Shown here: positions 11,325 through 20,938 of the stretch, in pieces
Position numbering within the stretch: the stretch's first letter is position 1
Layout of the letters: the number at the start of each line of letters is the position of its first letter
DNA from: Acidimicrobiia bacterium
GTDB lineage: Bacteria > Actinomycetota > Acidimicrobiia > Spongiisociales > Spongiisociaceae
Length of the DNA stretch: 64,000 nt
Assembly: GCA_041576165.1 (NCBI GenBank)
Contig: JBFGLM010000019.1
Location: forward strand, 1-64,000
Reading direction: 5' to 3'
Position numbers and translations under genes: made by a program
Notes under the pieces: generated by a model
Databases searched by the model: none
What the model was told of the DNA's origin: nothing
The model's input: only the letters and a program-made list of their open reading frames with translations

Positions 11325-12725
11325 TCAAGCGAGCAAGACCGCCTCACCCTGGCCGGGCATGAGCAATGTCTGCCCGAATCGGGCGCCCACCGCCTGTGCG
11401 AGGCTTTCCATTGCGTCTGAGTCTCCATGCACGGCCACTATTCGATCGGGGTTGCGCGGGGCCGTGGCCATCCAATCCAACAATTCGGACCGATCGGCGT
11501 GCACGGAGAACGCCGGAACCGAGGCCACGTCGGCCTCAACCTGCCAGAACTCACCGTGGATCTTGATCGAGTCTTCCCCGCTGAGCAGCCGCTGGCCCCG
11601 CGTCCCCTCCGCTTGATATCCGACGAGGACCACGCTCGAGTCGCGGTCGGGAAGGATGCGTTTGAGATGGTGGAGCACCCGACCGCCGGTCGCCATACCC
11701 GAGGCCGAGATGATGACAACCGGGGGATCCACGAAGTTGATCGCCTTGGAGTCCTCCACGGACTCTGTGATCCGAAGGTCCCCAGGGTTGAACACATCGG
11801 GATTCCCGGCGACCTCGGGCCGTATCTCGTAGTGCGATTCCGCCACAGCTCTCAGGTAGAAACCCAGGGCCGACCGGGCCATGGGCGAGTCGAGGTAGAC
11901 GGGAAGTTCCGGTATTTCACCCGCGTCGGTCAGTTCCTTGAGGGCGACGAGGATGACCTCAGTGCGGTCTACTGCAAAAGCAGGGATGACCACGGAACCG
12001 CCTCGTTCGGCAGTGCCGGCTATCACCCGCCCAAGTGCTTTGGTGCCGTCCTCCTCGTAGTGCTCTGTGTCGCCGTAGGTCGATTCCAGCATGACCGTTC
12101 CAGACCCGGGGCAGGGATCGGGCGGCAGCAGGACCGGATGCTCTGGTCGACCGAGATCGCCCGAAATGTGCAGCGGCTCGGTCCCGTCATCGAACTCGAC
12201 GAGTATCGAGGCCGAACCCAGGATATGGCCTGCCCGACTCAGCCGGATCGAGATGCCGTCGGCAATCGGAACGGGGCTGGCCCAAGGAGCCATCCGGAGC
12301 TGGGACGACGCCCTGATTGCGTCTTCCTGGGTGTACAACGGTAAGGCCGGCTTGTGTTTCGTGTAGCCCTTGCGGTTGGCGCGCTCTGCGTCGGCCTCTT
12401 GGATGCGGCCGGAATCGGCCAGGATCAGTTCGGTGAGGCGTCCGGTCGACTCGCTCGCCCAGATGCTGCCGCCAAAACCGCGATTGCACAATACGGGGAC
12501 GTATCCGACGTGATCCAGATGCCCGTGGGACAGAACCAGGGCGTCGATGGTGGCGGGATCGACCGGGAACGGCTCCCAGTTCTTCTCCCGTAACCGCTTC
12601 ACACCTTGAAAGAGGCCGCAGTCCACCAGCACCCGGGCACGGGGAGTATCGATCAGAAACTTCGACCCGGTCACGGTTCGGGCTGCGCCGAGCAGGGTCA
12701 CCATGGGCCGTTGAGGACGATTCAT
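11325..12725 (-). CDS. MBL-fold beta-CASP metallohydrolase (RNA-specificity family)
   Basis: GAARTVTGS, DCGLFQG, SHGHLDH, AGHILGS, ESTYGD, SASGMATGGR, FSVHAD. Confidence 0.9.
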   Translation of the reverse strand: MNRPQRPMVTLLGAARTVTGSKFLIDTPRARVLVDCGLFQGVKRLREKNWEPFPVDPATIDALVLSHGHLDHVGYVPVLCNRGFGGSIWASESTGRLTELILADSGRIQEADAERANRKGYTKHKPALPLYTQEDAIRASSQLRMAPWASPVPIADGISIRLSRAGHILGSASILVEFDDGTEPLHISGDLGRPEHPVLLPPDPCPGSGTVMLESTYGDTEHYEEDGTKALGRVIAGTAERGGSVVIPAFAVDRTEVILVALKELTDAGEIPELPVYLDSPMARSALGFYLRAVAESHYEIRPEVAGNPDVFNPGDLRITESVEDSKAINFVDPPVVIISASGMATGGRVLHHLKRILPDRDSSVVLVGYQAEGTRGQRLLSGEDSIKIHGEFWQVEADVASVPAFSVHADRSELLDWMATAPRNPDRIVAVHGDSDAMESLAQAVGARFGQTLLMPGQGEAVLLA

Positions 12726-12830
12726 GGCGGGTGACGTTACCTGCGACCGACTCGAGTGATCAGCCAAAGTCGAGGGGCCACGGGTATCCCGTGGCCCCTC
12801 GGGCGGCGCGACAGACCTGCCTTCCTCCAA

Positions 12831-14522
12831 TCAGGGCTGTCGCAAGATGGCGACAGGCTCACCGGCCAGCGACGCCGCGACACTTGTGAGTTCGGCGAAT
12901 TCCCACACTTCAGGATCGTCGAGTTCGGCGGCGAGACGGCTTGCTTCCTCAGCCACCCAGCTGAACGTCACCTCGTTGGCCCACGGGCTGTCGCGCAGGA
13001 TCTCGGCGTAGGCCGCTGCCACCACATCCAGCTGGAACCGCTCTTCAGCCGATGTGAAGGAATCCGTCAGCACCGTGGCGGGAAGGAGGCCGTTGAACTC
13101 GGTGAACACCACTGCGCCCGGCTCACGCCAACGCAGGTTGACCGTGGCCAGCTCCGCCGAACCCAGGTCGGTCAGCGGACGGGTCAGGGTCACCTCGTAC
13201 AGTGCCGTCACCTCGTGACCGGCGCCGATCTCGCCGGCGTCCACCGCATCGTTGCGGAAGTCGCGATCAGCGATGGCCCGGTTCTCGAAGCCCAGCAATC
13301 GGTAGGAAGACACCGCCTGTGGGTTGAAATCAACTTGCACCTTGGCTTCCTCAGCCACGGTCAGGAGTGTTCCGGTCAGACCCTCGACAAAGAGCCGCTC
13401 GGCTTCGGCCAGCGTGTCGACGTAGGCGTAGAAACCATCGCCATTGTCCGCCAGCTGCTCGAGCAGCACGTCGTTGTAGTTACCAAGGCCCACTCCTACG
13501 GTGACCAGGTTGATGCCGATCGACGCCTGTTCCTGGATGCGAGCCAGGATGCCGCCCGGACTGGTGTTGCCGACATTGGCGACCCCGTCCGACGCCAGAA
13601 TTACGCGGTTGATGAGTCCCGGCTCGAACGTCGCGCTGGCAATGTCGTAACCCAACGTGAGGCCCGCTTCTGCGTTGGTCGAGCCGCCCGGCTGCAATGC
13701 GCCGATGGCGTCGAGGATGACATCTCGGTCGGTCGCGGCGGTGGGGCTGAGGACGGTCCACGCGTTGGTGTCGTAGGCCACGATGGCGACTGTGTCGGTC
13801 GGACGCAGCTGGTCGACCAGGGTCGCCAGGGCTCCCTTGACCATCTCGATCCGGTTGCCTTCCCGCATCGATCCGGACACGTCGACTACGAACGTCAGGA
13901 CGGCATCGGCCCGCGACTGTTCGGCGACCTCCCGGGCCTTGATACCCACCCGGATCATGTGATTGTTGGCGCTCTGCGTGAACGGGGTCGGCGCACCATC
14001 GGCGAAAACGGCAAAGGTGTCGCCGGCGGGTGCGGGGTAGCCCTGGTTGAAAAAGTTCACGAACTCCTCGACCCGGACCAGCTCGGGCAGCGGCAGCTCG
14101 CCGGCCTGAACCCAGCTGCGGGCCAGCGTGTACGAGCCCGTATCGACATCGAGCGCAAAGGTGGATTGGGCGTCCTGGCCGGTGGGCACGAACGGATTGG
14201 TGCCGTATCCCTGCGTGATCACTCCATCCGGTGCGTTCTCGATCGGCGGCTCGTAGAGCTGCTCGTCGGTCACCTGCCCGACGGCATCGGCGGCCGTCGC
14301 GGCAGTCGTCGCCGTTACCCGATCGGTACCACGTGCATATTCGGGCGCTGCAGATTCGGCCTCGACCTGTCCGGTCAAGTTCTGGCCTCCACCGGACTGC
14401 TCCTGGAACCCAATGATGGTGGTCTCGGTGGCGTTGAAAACCTCGTCATGGTCGCTATCGCCGCATGCGGTCGCAACGATCGAAAGCGCCAGTAGCACCG
14501 CTATCAATCTGACGTGTTGCAT
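12831..14522 (-). CDS. VWA-domain lipoprotein (YfbK-like)
   Basis: Lipobox VATAC; STFALDVDTGSY, VRVEEFVN, MIDAS DVSGS, SDGVANVG, YRLLGFENR, DAGEIGAGH. Confidence 0.9.
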   Translation of the reverse strand: MQHVRLIAVLLALSIVATACGDSDHDEVFNATETTIIGFQEQSGGGQNLTGQVEAESAAPEYARGTDRVTATTAATAADAVGQVTDEQLYEPPIENAPDGVITQGYGTNPFVPTGQDAQSTFALDVDTGSYTLARSWVQAGELPLPELVRVEEFVNFFNQGYPAPAGDTFAVFADGAPTPFTQSANNHMIRVGIKAREVAEQSRADAVLTFVVDVSGSMREGNRIEMVKGALATLVDQLRPTDTVAIVAYDTNAWTVLSPTAATDRDVILDAIGALQPGGSTNAEAGLTLGYDIASATFEPGLINRVILASDGVANVGNTSPGGILARIQEQASIGINLVTVGVGLGNYNDVLLEQLADNGDGFYAYVDTLAEAERLFVEGLTGTLLTVAEEAKVQVDFNPQAVSSYRLLGFENRAIADRDFRNDAVDAGEIGAGHEVTALYEVTLTRPLTDLGSAELATVNLRWREPGAVVFTEFNGLLPATVLTDSFTSAEERFQLDVVAAAYAEILRDSPWANEVTFSWVAEEASRLAAELDDPEVWEFAELTSVAASLAGEPVAILRQP

Positions 14523-14587
14523 CCTGTCTCCCTCTCATCTCTGGGTCTCGACTCTGACGCAGAGAGGGGAGTCAGGGGTTCCCGCGA

Positions 14588-15298
14588 CTATTCGCGGACC
14601 CGCGCGCGGATGCGAACTGCTCCTTCGAGGAAGATCTGGTGCGGGATTTCCCATGAGCCGTCGTCGCTGGTGACCCGGCTGGAAGCAAGGCCGATGCTTT
14701 CTAGCTCGCCGGTGATGCCGGCGACCTCCACATGGTCGCCGGCAGAGAAGCGGTCATCTACGTGGCGGCCCGCGGCGATCTGTCGGGCGAGCGGCAAACT
14801 GCCGAGCCCGAATACGAGCCCGGCCGCCAGGGCAACGGCGGCAAGTGCGGAACCAATGACCAAGAGCATCAAATCGGTCGTGATTCCAAACTGGTCCGCT
14901 GATATCACAGAGCCCATGACGATGATGGACACGGTCAGCGCCTTCCCGACTCGGTTCGCCATCAGTGGGGAGCGATTACGGAGTGCCTGACCCACTAAAA
15001 CACCGATGAGACGTCCCAGAACGATCGAAGCAACGAGGATCAATGTTCCGGCGATCGCGCGCGGCAAGAAAGCGATGACGCCCTGGGTCAGCTGCTGTTG
15101 AACGTCGGGATTGTTGGACGCGACCACAAAGAGAAAGCCGCCCAATACCACAAGGATGGTCAGCGACCGCAGCACCATCTTCCGGGCTTCCTCGTCCAGC
15201 AGACTGGCGATCCGGCCGCGACCCAGGAGCCACCGGATGATCAGAATGACCACGAGGACAACCGCGAGGGTCACCCCAATTTGGATCAACAACATCAT
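14588..15298 (-). CDS. MscS-family mechanosensitive channel-like protein
   Basis: Several TM helices, then RQIAAGRHV..RFSAGDHVEV.G.TG.LESIG beta domain. Confidence 0.78.
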   Translation of the reverse strand: MMLLIQIGVTLAVVLVVILIIRWLLGRGRIASLLDEEARKMVLRSLTILVVLGGFLFVVASNNPDVQQQLTQGVIAFLPRAIAGTLILVASIVLGRLIGVLVGQALRNRSPLMANRVGKALTVSIIVMGSVISADQFGITTDLMLLVIGSALAAVALAAGLVFGLGSLPLARQIAAGRHVDDRFSAGDHVEVAGITGELESIGLASSRVTSDDGSWEIPHQIFLEGAVRIRARVRE

Positions 15299-15570
15299 GT
15301 TCCCGTCCTCCCCGTCAGATAATGCACTGCAGCCGAGGTGATTCTCGACGCCACGCCCACGCCGGTCGAGAGCATTCCGCTGACCAGCCAATCGACTCGG
15401 ATCGCCCGGAGCACCGGCTCGGCCACGTTGACCTCCAGCAGGTCATCCCACAGCAGCGCGAGGTCGGCCTGGCACTCGTCACACGTGAAGATGTGGTCCT
15501 CGATTTCGCTGGTTTCACCATCGGCGAACGAGACCAGTTGCTCGTCCGTAATTACGCAGCTACGTGACAT
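15295..15570 (-). CDS. Zinc-binding anti-sigma factor (ZAS/zf-HC2)
   Basis: HIFTCDEC (HxxxCxxC) motif; overlaps the ECF sigma gene upstream. Confidence 0.8.
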   Translation of the reverse strand: MSRSCVITDEQLVSFADGETSEIEDHIFTCDECQADLALLWDDLLEVNVAEPVLRAIRVDWLVSGMLSTGVGVASRITSAAVHYLTGRTGT

Positions 15571-16096
15571 CCCACTCCTTCATGAGATCCCGAAGCTGAG
15601 CCTTGGCCCGAAAGATCCTGGTACGCACGGTGTTGAGGGGTATTTCGAGTTGCCGGCTGATGTCTTCGTACGACAGCAATTCGAACTCCCGCAGCATCAG
15701 CGGTTCGCGCAGCAAGTCCGGCAACTGGCCGAGCGCCTCGCGGAGCTCTTCTGACTGCACTGTGACCTCGACTACCCGGGCGGGAGTGCGATGTGACGGC
15801 TGCTCGGGTACGTGCTCTACCGGCCGTTCCCGCTGCCGCGCCACGAGGTCGATTGAAAGGTTGGTAGCGATCCGGTACAGCCAGGTTCGGAGCTTGGCTT
15901 CGCCCCGAAAACTCGCCAGTGACCGGTACGCCCGAAAGAAGGTTTCTTGCGCAACTTCCTCCGCCAGGGTGCCGTCCCGTGTCACCCGTAATGCGGCGCC
16001 AAAAACAAATGCTTGGTGCCGCCGCACCAGCTCTCCGAACGCGTCGGGATGTTCCAGCGCCGCTTCGACAAGTTCGGCGTCTGAACGGGTGTCCAC
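15560..16096 (-). CDS. ECF RNA polymerase sigma factor
   Basis: SDAELV, AEEVAQETF, LRTWLYRIATN, LSYEDIS..LEIPLNTVRTRIFRAK; GTG start at 16096 chosen. Confidence 0.93.
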   Translation of the reverse strand: MDTRSDAELVEAALEHPDAFGELVRRHQAFVFGAALRVTRDGTLAEEVAQETFFRAYRSLASFRGEAKLRTWLYRIATNLSIDLVARQRERPVEHVPEQPSHRTPARVVEVTVQSEELREALGQLPDLLREPLMLREFELLSYEDISRQLEIPLNTVRTRIFRAKAQLRDLMKEWDVT

Positions 16097-16207
16097 CTGG
16101 CAGAACCATAACCAGTGAGACGGAAATCCCCCGGAATAGTTCCCGGGAACCATTCCTCATTCCTAAAGTCACAGTCATGTAAGCCCTGGGAGACAGGAGG
16201 GAAGGGA

Positions 16208-16909
16208 ATGTTCCTGGCACAGAATTTTGTCGATGGACTTACGGACGGTTTCGTCGAGGTCGGTAAAGCGATTGCCGAATACCTGCCGAAGCTGATCGGC
16301 GCGTTGTTGATACTGATCATCGGCTGGTTTGTGGCACGCCTGATTCGGAATGTACTCAGGCGGGTTCTCGACCGGCTCGGGTTTGATCGTTTGCTCGATC
16401 GGGCCGGCGTCGGTGACACGATCAGAAACGCCGGATACACGGCGTCGGGAATCGTGACGTCCATCATCTACTACATGCTGATGGCCGTGGTCCTGCTGCT
16501 CTCGGCCGAAGCACTGGCAGTCGATGAGCTGACCAACCTGCTGCGTGACTTGATCGCCTACATTCCGCGTCTGATCGTCGCAGTGATCATCCTCGTGGTC
16601 GCAGCTGCGATTGCGAGCTGGGTCGCCGATTTGGTTCGGCCGCTCGCGGCGTCGCAGAATCTGAACTGGGTTCCGACGCTGGTCCGGGTCATCATCCTCG
16701 CCTTCGGCGTCATTGCCGCTTTTGAGACCCTGGATCTGGCTACGACGCTGGTCAACGCAGTAGTGACGTCGTTCTTCGGCGCACTTGGGATAGCGATCGG
16801 AGTCTCCTTCGCCATCGCCTTCGGGGTGGGCGGGATCGACACCGCCAAGAAGTGGTGGGCCCGTCTGGAGCCAGGCGCTCGCAGCGGTGCTACTCGAGTA
16901 GACAGTTAG
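16208..16909 (+). CDS. TM-helix repeat membrane protein (MscS/CmpX-associated)
   Basis: Repeated YLPKLIGALLILIIG / YIPRLIVAVIIL and terminal AIAFGVGG; strong RBS. Confidence 0.8.
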   Translation: MFLAQNFVDGLTDGFVEVGKAIAEYLPKLIGALLILIIGWFVARLIRNVLRRVLDRLGFDRLLDRAGVGDTIRNAGYTASGIVTSIIYYMLMAVVLLLSAEALAVDELTNLLRDLIAYIPRLIVAVIILVVAAAIASWVADLVRPLAASQNLNWVPTLVRVIILAFGVIAAFETLDLATTLVNAVVTSFFGALGIAIGVSFAIAFGVGGIDTAKKWWARLEPGARSGATRVDS

Positions 16910-17173
16910 ACACTGATTCGGCGGGTCAATGCGGCGTTCCCCCCTTGCCGCTTTGGCCCGTCGGACGGCTGAACGGGTCCGGCGCAACAAGCAACAACTC
17001 CCGGGGTCGGACCCGATCAGGACCACCAGTGATGGTTAGTGGACAGGTAGAGGCGATCGAACGCGGGCGATTCACGGGCCCCGCGCGGTGGGTGATGATC
17101 CGTTGAAGACCGGGACCGTTATCCGGACGGCGGCGGTGCCGCCGTCCGGTCGCGAGTGTGGCAGTCTCGCACC

Positions 17174-17698
17174 ATGCAGGGTTCCACGCTTACGGCCCGG
17201 TTGGCCGACGGCCTCACCGCCGGTCGGATAATCCTGGCCGCACCCCTGGCGGTCGTCGCCGCTCGGGGCTGGTGGTACGGCGTCGCGGTGTTGCTCTCCC
17301 TGGCGTGGTGGTCCGACTTCGGGGATGGTCGGCTGGCGCGGAAGGTGCCCGGCGAAACCAGATTGGGCCAGGTCGATCTCGTAGCCGACACCCTGGTCGG
17401 AGCCGTCTTGCTGGGTGGGATGGTCGCCGGCGGATATGTCCAGCTTGGCTGGACCATTGCCGGGACGGTGCTCGGCGCCGGCTACCTGCTCCGGCGTAAC
17501 CCCGCGTGGGGGATGCTTCTGCAGGCGATCGGCTACGGAAACGCCCTGTGGCAGATCGGCTTGAACGCCCGCCCGGCGCTCGGGCTGGCGCTGGGAACGG
17601 TCGCGGCGATCGTGGTCCTCGATCGATCGCGGCTCTTCGGCTTTGTCCTCCCCACGTTCTTCGATGGACTAATGGGACGCCACCCAGATGAGGGCTGA
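17174..17698 (+). CDS. CDP-alcohol phosphatidyltransferase family protein
   Basis: DFGDGRLAR...LG..DLVAD motif; hydrophobic. Confidence 0.8.
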   Translation: MQGSTLTARLADGLTAGRIILAAPLAVVAARGWWYGVAVLLSLAWWSDFGDGRLARKVPGETRLGQVDLVADTLVGAVLLGGMVAGGYVQLGWTIAGTVLGAGYLLRRNPAWGMLLQAIGYGNALWQIGLNARPALGLALGTVAAIVVLDRSRLFGFVLPTFFDGLMGRHPDEG

Positions 17699-17795
17699 AC
17701 GGTCCATCGCTAAACGGAGCCTGGCCTCGGCCGACGGGGATCGCTAGGAGAGTGGCCGATGTTGCCGCTCGACATTCCTTCCGAGGAGGAACGTC

Positions 17796-18980
17796 TTGGC
17801 GCGTGACCGGATTCTTTTTGTGGACGACGAGCCACAGATCCTGCAAGGACTGGCCCGTATGTTGCGCTCCATGCGTCACGAGTGGGACGTCGCGTTCGCC
17901 GAGAGCGGGGCGGAAGCGCTCGCGATGCTGGACGCGGAGCCGTTTGACGTAATCGTTTCGGACATGCGTATGCCCGGAATGAACGGCACCGAGATGCTCA
18001 CGACCATCGCCACCAGTCATCCATCGACCGTGCGACTGGTGTTGTCCGGTCAGGCGGGCGAGCGGGAATTGATGCAAGCCGTCAACGCAGCTCACCAGTA
18101 CATGGCCAAACCTTGCGAACCCGAGACTCTGAAGGCTGCTATCGGGCGCGCCGCTGCGCTCCGCGACCTCATGCACGAGGAGGCGCTGGTGGGGGCCGTC
18201 TCCGCCATGACCTCCTTGCCCAGCTTTCCTGCGGCGTACAACGAGATCATGGACATCGTGAACTCCGATGATCCATCGCTAGATGCCATCGCGGATGTGG
18301 TGGCCCGTGATCCGGGCATGACGGCCAAAGTACTTCAGCTGGTCAACTCGTCGTTCTTTGGTTTCTCGCGAACGATTGCGGACGTGAAGCAAGCCACGTC
18401 GATGTTGGGTGTCGACCGGATACTGTCGCTCGTCTTGGGCCAGCATGTCTTCCGCGAGCTGGAAGGTGCCAAACGGGCGGGCGTCGACCTCGACGTGTTG
18501 TGGCACCGGTGTGCCCAGATGGCTGAGGCGGCCCGGTCGGTGGCGGTGGCGGAAGGTGCATCAAAGGAGCTGGCCGGATTCGCCCAGGTGGCGGGTCTCC
18601 TCAGCACGGCTGGAACTCTGGTGCTGGCGGCCCAGTTCCCGGATCGGTACGTCCAGGCGCTGATGGCGAGTGGCGGCGGGGTGGCATCCGAGGAGGCCGA
18701 GCTGGCCGAGTTCGGGGCCACCAGCCCTCAGGTTGGGGCGTACCTCCTCGGACTGTGGGGCCTGCCCCCGTCAATCGTGGAGGCAGTGGCCTTCTACCGC
18801 GAGCCCGGTGTGCTTCCCGCCACCGAAGGCTTTCGCACTCTGACCGCGCTGCACGCCGCTGCGGCGTTGCGCCCAGGTCAGGAACCCGTGGTCCCGCTCG
18901 ATCACGGGTATCTGGAATCTATCGGCTTGTCCGACCGGGTTCCGGACTGGACTTCCCGGCTGAACGCGGAGCCGGTATGA
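17796..18980 (+). CDS. Response regulator with HDOD output domain
   Basis: REC (FVDDE, SDMRMP, KP) plus HDOD (LPSFP, DPGMTAKVLQLVNSSFFG, LGLWGLP). Confidence 0.92.
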   Translation: MARDRILFVDDEPQILQGLARMLRSMRHEWDVAFAESGAEALAMLDAEPFDVIVSDMRMPGMNGTEMLTTIATSHPSTVRLVLSGQAGERELMQAVNAAHQYMAKPCEPETLKAAIGRAAALRDLMHEEALVGAVSAMTSLPSFPAAYNEIMDIVNSDDPSLDAIADVVARDPGMTAKVLQLVNSSFFGFSRTIADVKQATSMLGVDRILSLVLGQHVFRELEGAKRAGVDLDVLWHRCAQMAEAARSVAVAEGASKELAGFAQVAGLLSTAGTLVLAAQFPDRYVQALMASGGGVASEEAELAEFGATSPQVGAYLLGLWGLPPSIVEAVAFYREPGVLPATEGFRTLTALHAAAALRPGQEPVVPLDHGYLESIGLSDRVPDWTSRLNAEPV

Positions 18981-20938
18981 CCTCGCGAGCACCGCTCAGC
19001 ATGGTTGCCGCTTCGGGGGGGCCGGCCCATGGGGTGAGCCGGCGCCAACTTGATTCGTCGGAGATCACCCTCTGGCGCCGCCGGTTCGACTCGATACCCG
19101 TTGCGATGTACGAAGAGGACTACTCGAAAGCGGCCGAGTCATTGGAAGCTCTCAGGCGAGAGGGTGTCACCGACCTCACGTCGTACCTCACTGAGCGACC
19201 AGACGAGCTCGAACGGCTCATCTCGCTGATCGTCGTCGAGGCGGCCAACGCGCAGGCCATCCGGTTGGTGGGGGCAGAACGCGAGGAACAATTGGTCGGC
19301 AGTCTGCCGCCGGAGATGTTCAAGGACCGAACCCGGCACTCCTTCATCGCCCAATTCCAGGCGATCTGGGACGGCAAGGATCATGTCGCAATCGAGCTGC
19401 ATGGCCAGCCTTTCGGCGGCGAGTCCATCGACTGCGTCATGAACTGGGCGGCTCCCGTGCTCGATACCGGGCCCGACTACGCACACGTCCAGGTGGGTTT
19501 CCTGGACGTCACGGCCCGGGTACGGGCCGAGCGCATTGCAATCGAAACCGCGGCGAAGCTGTCCCAGTTGTACGAGATCGGCACGTCGCTCACAGCTTCG
19601 CTCGACGTCGAGGAGATCCTTGCCATGACCCTCGACGGAGCAGTCCGGCTGGTCGACGCCGACAAAGTGGCGCTGTTCATGTTCGATCACGATTCTCGTC
19701 AGATCACACAGAGGATGGCGCGCGGCATTGACTCGGACGAGCTCGCGCAGCATACGTACGACGAACTGGAAGCCGGTATCACCGGCAGCGTCTGGCGGGA
19801 CGGTGTCGGCACCATCTCGGAAGACATCGCCAGCGACATGCGCAACACGGGCTTGGCCTACGAGCGGGCACTCAGCCACGGCCGATGGTCGGTGATCGTG
19901 GCGCCGCTCATCGCCAACGACCAGGTCTTCGGGACCTTGACGGCGGTGCGGGAAGCCGGTTCTGAAACGCCGCTGGGTGACAACGAGCACCTGTATGTGG
20001 AAATGCTCGCCTCACAGGCATCAATCGCCATCGAGAACGCCCAGCTGTATTCGGGCCTCCGTGACACGATGAGCGAGCTGCAGCGTACCCAAGCAAGTCT
20101 GCTCTCGGCCCAAAAACTGGAAGCCGTTGGTCAGCTGGCTGCGGGGGTTGCGCATGAGATCAACACTCCGGTGCAGTTCGTGTCGGACAACCTGAGGTTC
20201 ATGAAGGACGCCTTCTCGGATGTGATCTCGGCGCTGCAAAGCGCCGCCCAGATCACCGAAGCCGTGAAATCCGGTACCAACGTGGACGCTGCGATTGCCA
20301 CCCACGAGTCAGCGCTCGAGGACGCCGATTTCGATTTCCTCGTGGCCGAGCTACCGGACGCGATCGAGCAGTCGCTCGACGGCGTAGAACGGGTAGCAGT
20401 GATCGTGCGAGCGTTGAAGGAGTTCTCACATCCGGGCGGCGAGCAACTCTCGCCGGTCGATATCAACCGGGCTCTCGAGAACACGCTTGCCGTGGCGCGC
20501 AACGAGTGGAAATACGTCGCCGAGGCCGTCACCAACCTCGATCCCGCCGTGGGCTGCATCCCCGCCCTGTCCGGGCCGCTCAACCAGGTGATCCTCAACC
20601 TGCTGGTCAATGCCGCCCACGCCATCGGTGATGTGGTTGGTGATTCGGGTGACCTGGGCACGATAACGGTGACGACTCGACAGGACTGCAACTACGCCGA
20701 GATCCGCATCCAGGATACGGGCGGCGGCATACCCGAACACATACGTGACCGGATCTACGACCCCTTCTTCACCACCAAGGACGTGGGCAGGGGCACCGGA
20801 CAGGGGCTGGCTATTGCGCACGACATCATCACGGTCAAACACGGCGGCGAGCTGACATTTGAGGTCGAGGAAGGGGTGGGCACGACCTTCATAATTCGTC
20901 TTCCAGTCGAACCACCGGATGGCGAGGCGTGCGAATGA
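18977..20938 (+). CDS. PAS/GAF sensor histidine kinase (NtrB-like)
   Basis: GAF (APLIANDQVFG..LASQASIAIENA), H-box AHEINTP, NLLVNA, DTGGGI, PFFTTK, GTGQGL. Confidence 0.92.
   Translation: MTSRAPLSMVAASGGPAHGVSRRQLDSSEITLWRRRFDSIPVAMYEEDYSKAAESLEALRREGVTDLTSYLTERPDELERLISLIVVEAANAQAIRLVGAEREEQLVGSLPPEMFKDRTRHSFIAQFQAIWDGKDHVAIELHGQPFGGESIDCVMNWAAPVLDTGPDYAHVQVGFLDVTARVRAERIAIETAAKLSQLYEIGTSLTASLDVEEILAMTLDGAVRLVDADKVALFMFDHDSRQITQRMARGIDSDELAQHTYDELEAGITGSVWRDGVGTISEDIASDMRNTGLAYERALSHGRWSVIVAPLIANDQVFGTLTAVREAGSETPLGDNEHLYVEMLASQASIAIENAQLYSGLRDTMSELQRTQASLLSAQKLEAVGQLAAGVAHEINTPVQFVSDNLRFMKDAFSDVISALQSAAQITEAVKSGTNVDAAIATHESALEDADFDFLVAELPDAIEQSLDGVERVAVIVRALKEFSHPGGEQLSPVDINRALENTLAVARNEWKYVAEAVTNLDPAVGCIPALSGPLNQVILNLLVNAAHAIGDVVGDSGDLGTITVTTRQDCNYAEIRIQDTGGGIPEHIRDRIYDPFFTTKDVGRGTGQGLAIAHDIITVKHGGELTFEVEEGVGTTFIIRLPVEPPDGEACE

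Noticed and set aside
12756-14495. 579-aa plus-strand ORF
   Set aside because: Antisense shadow of the VWA gene, as expected in high-GC DNA; no recognisable motifs.
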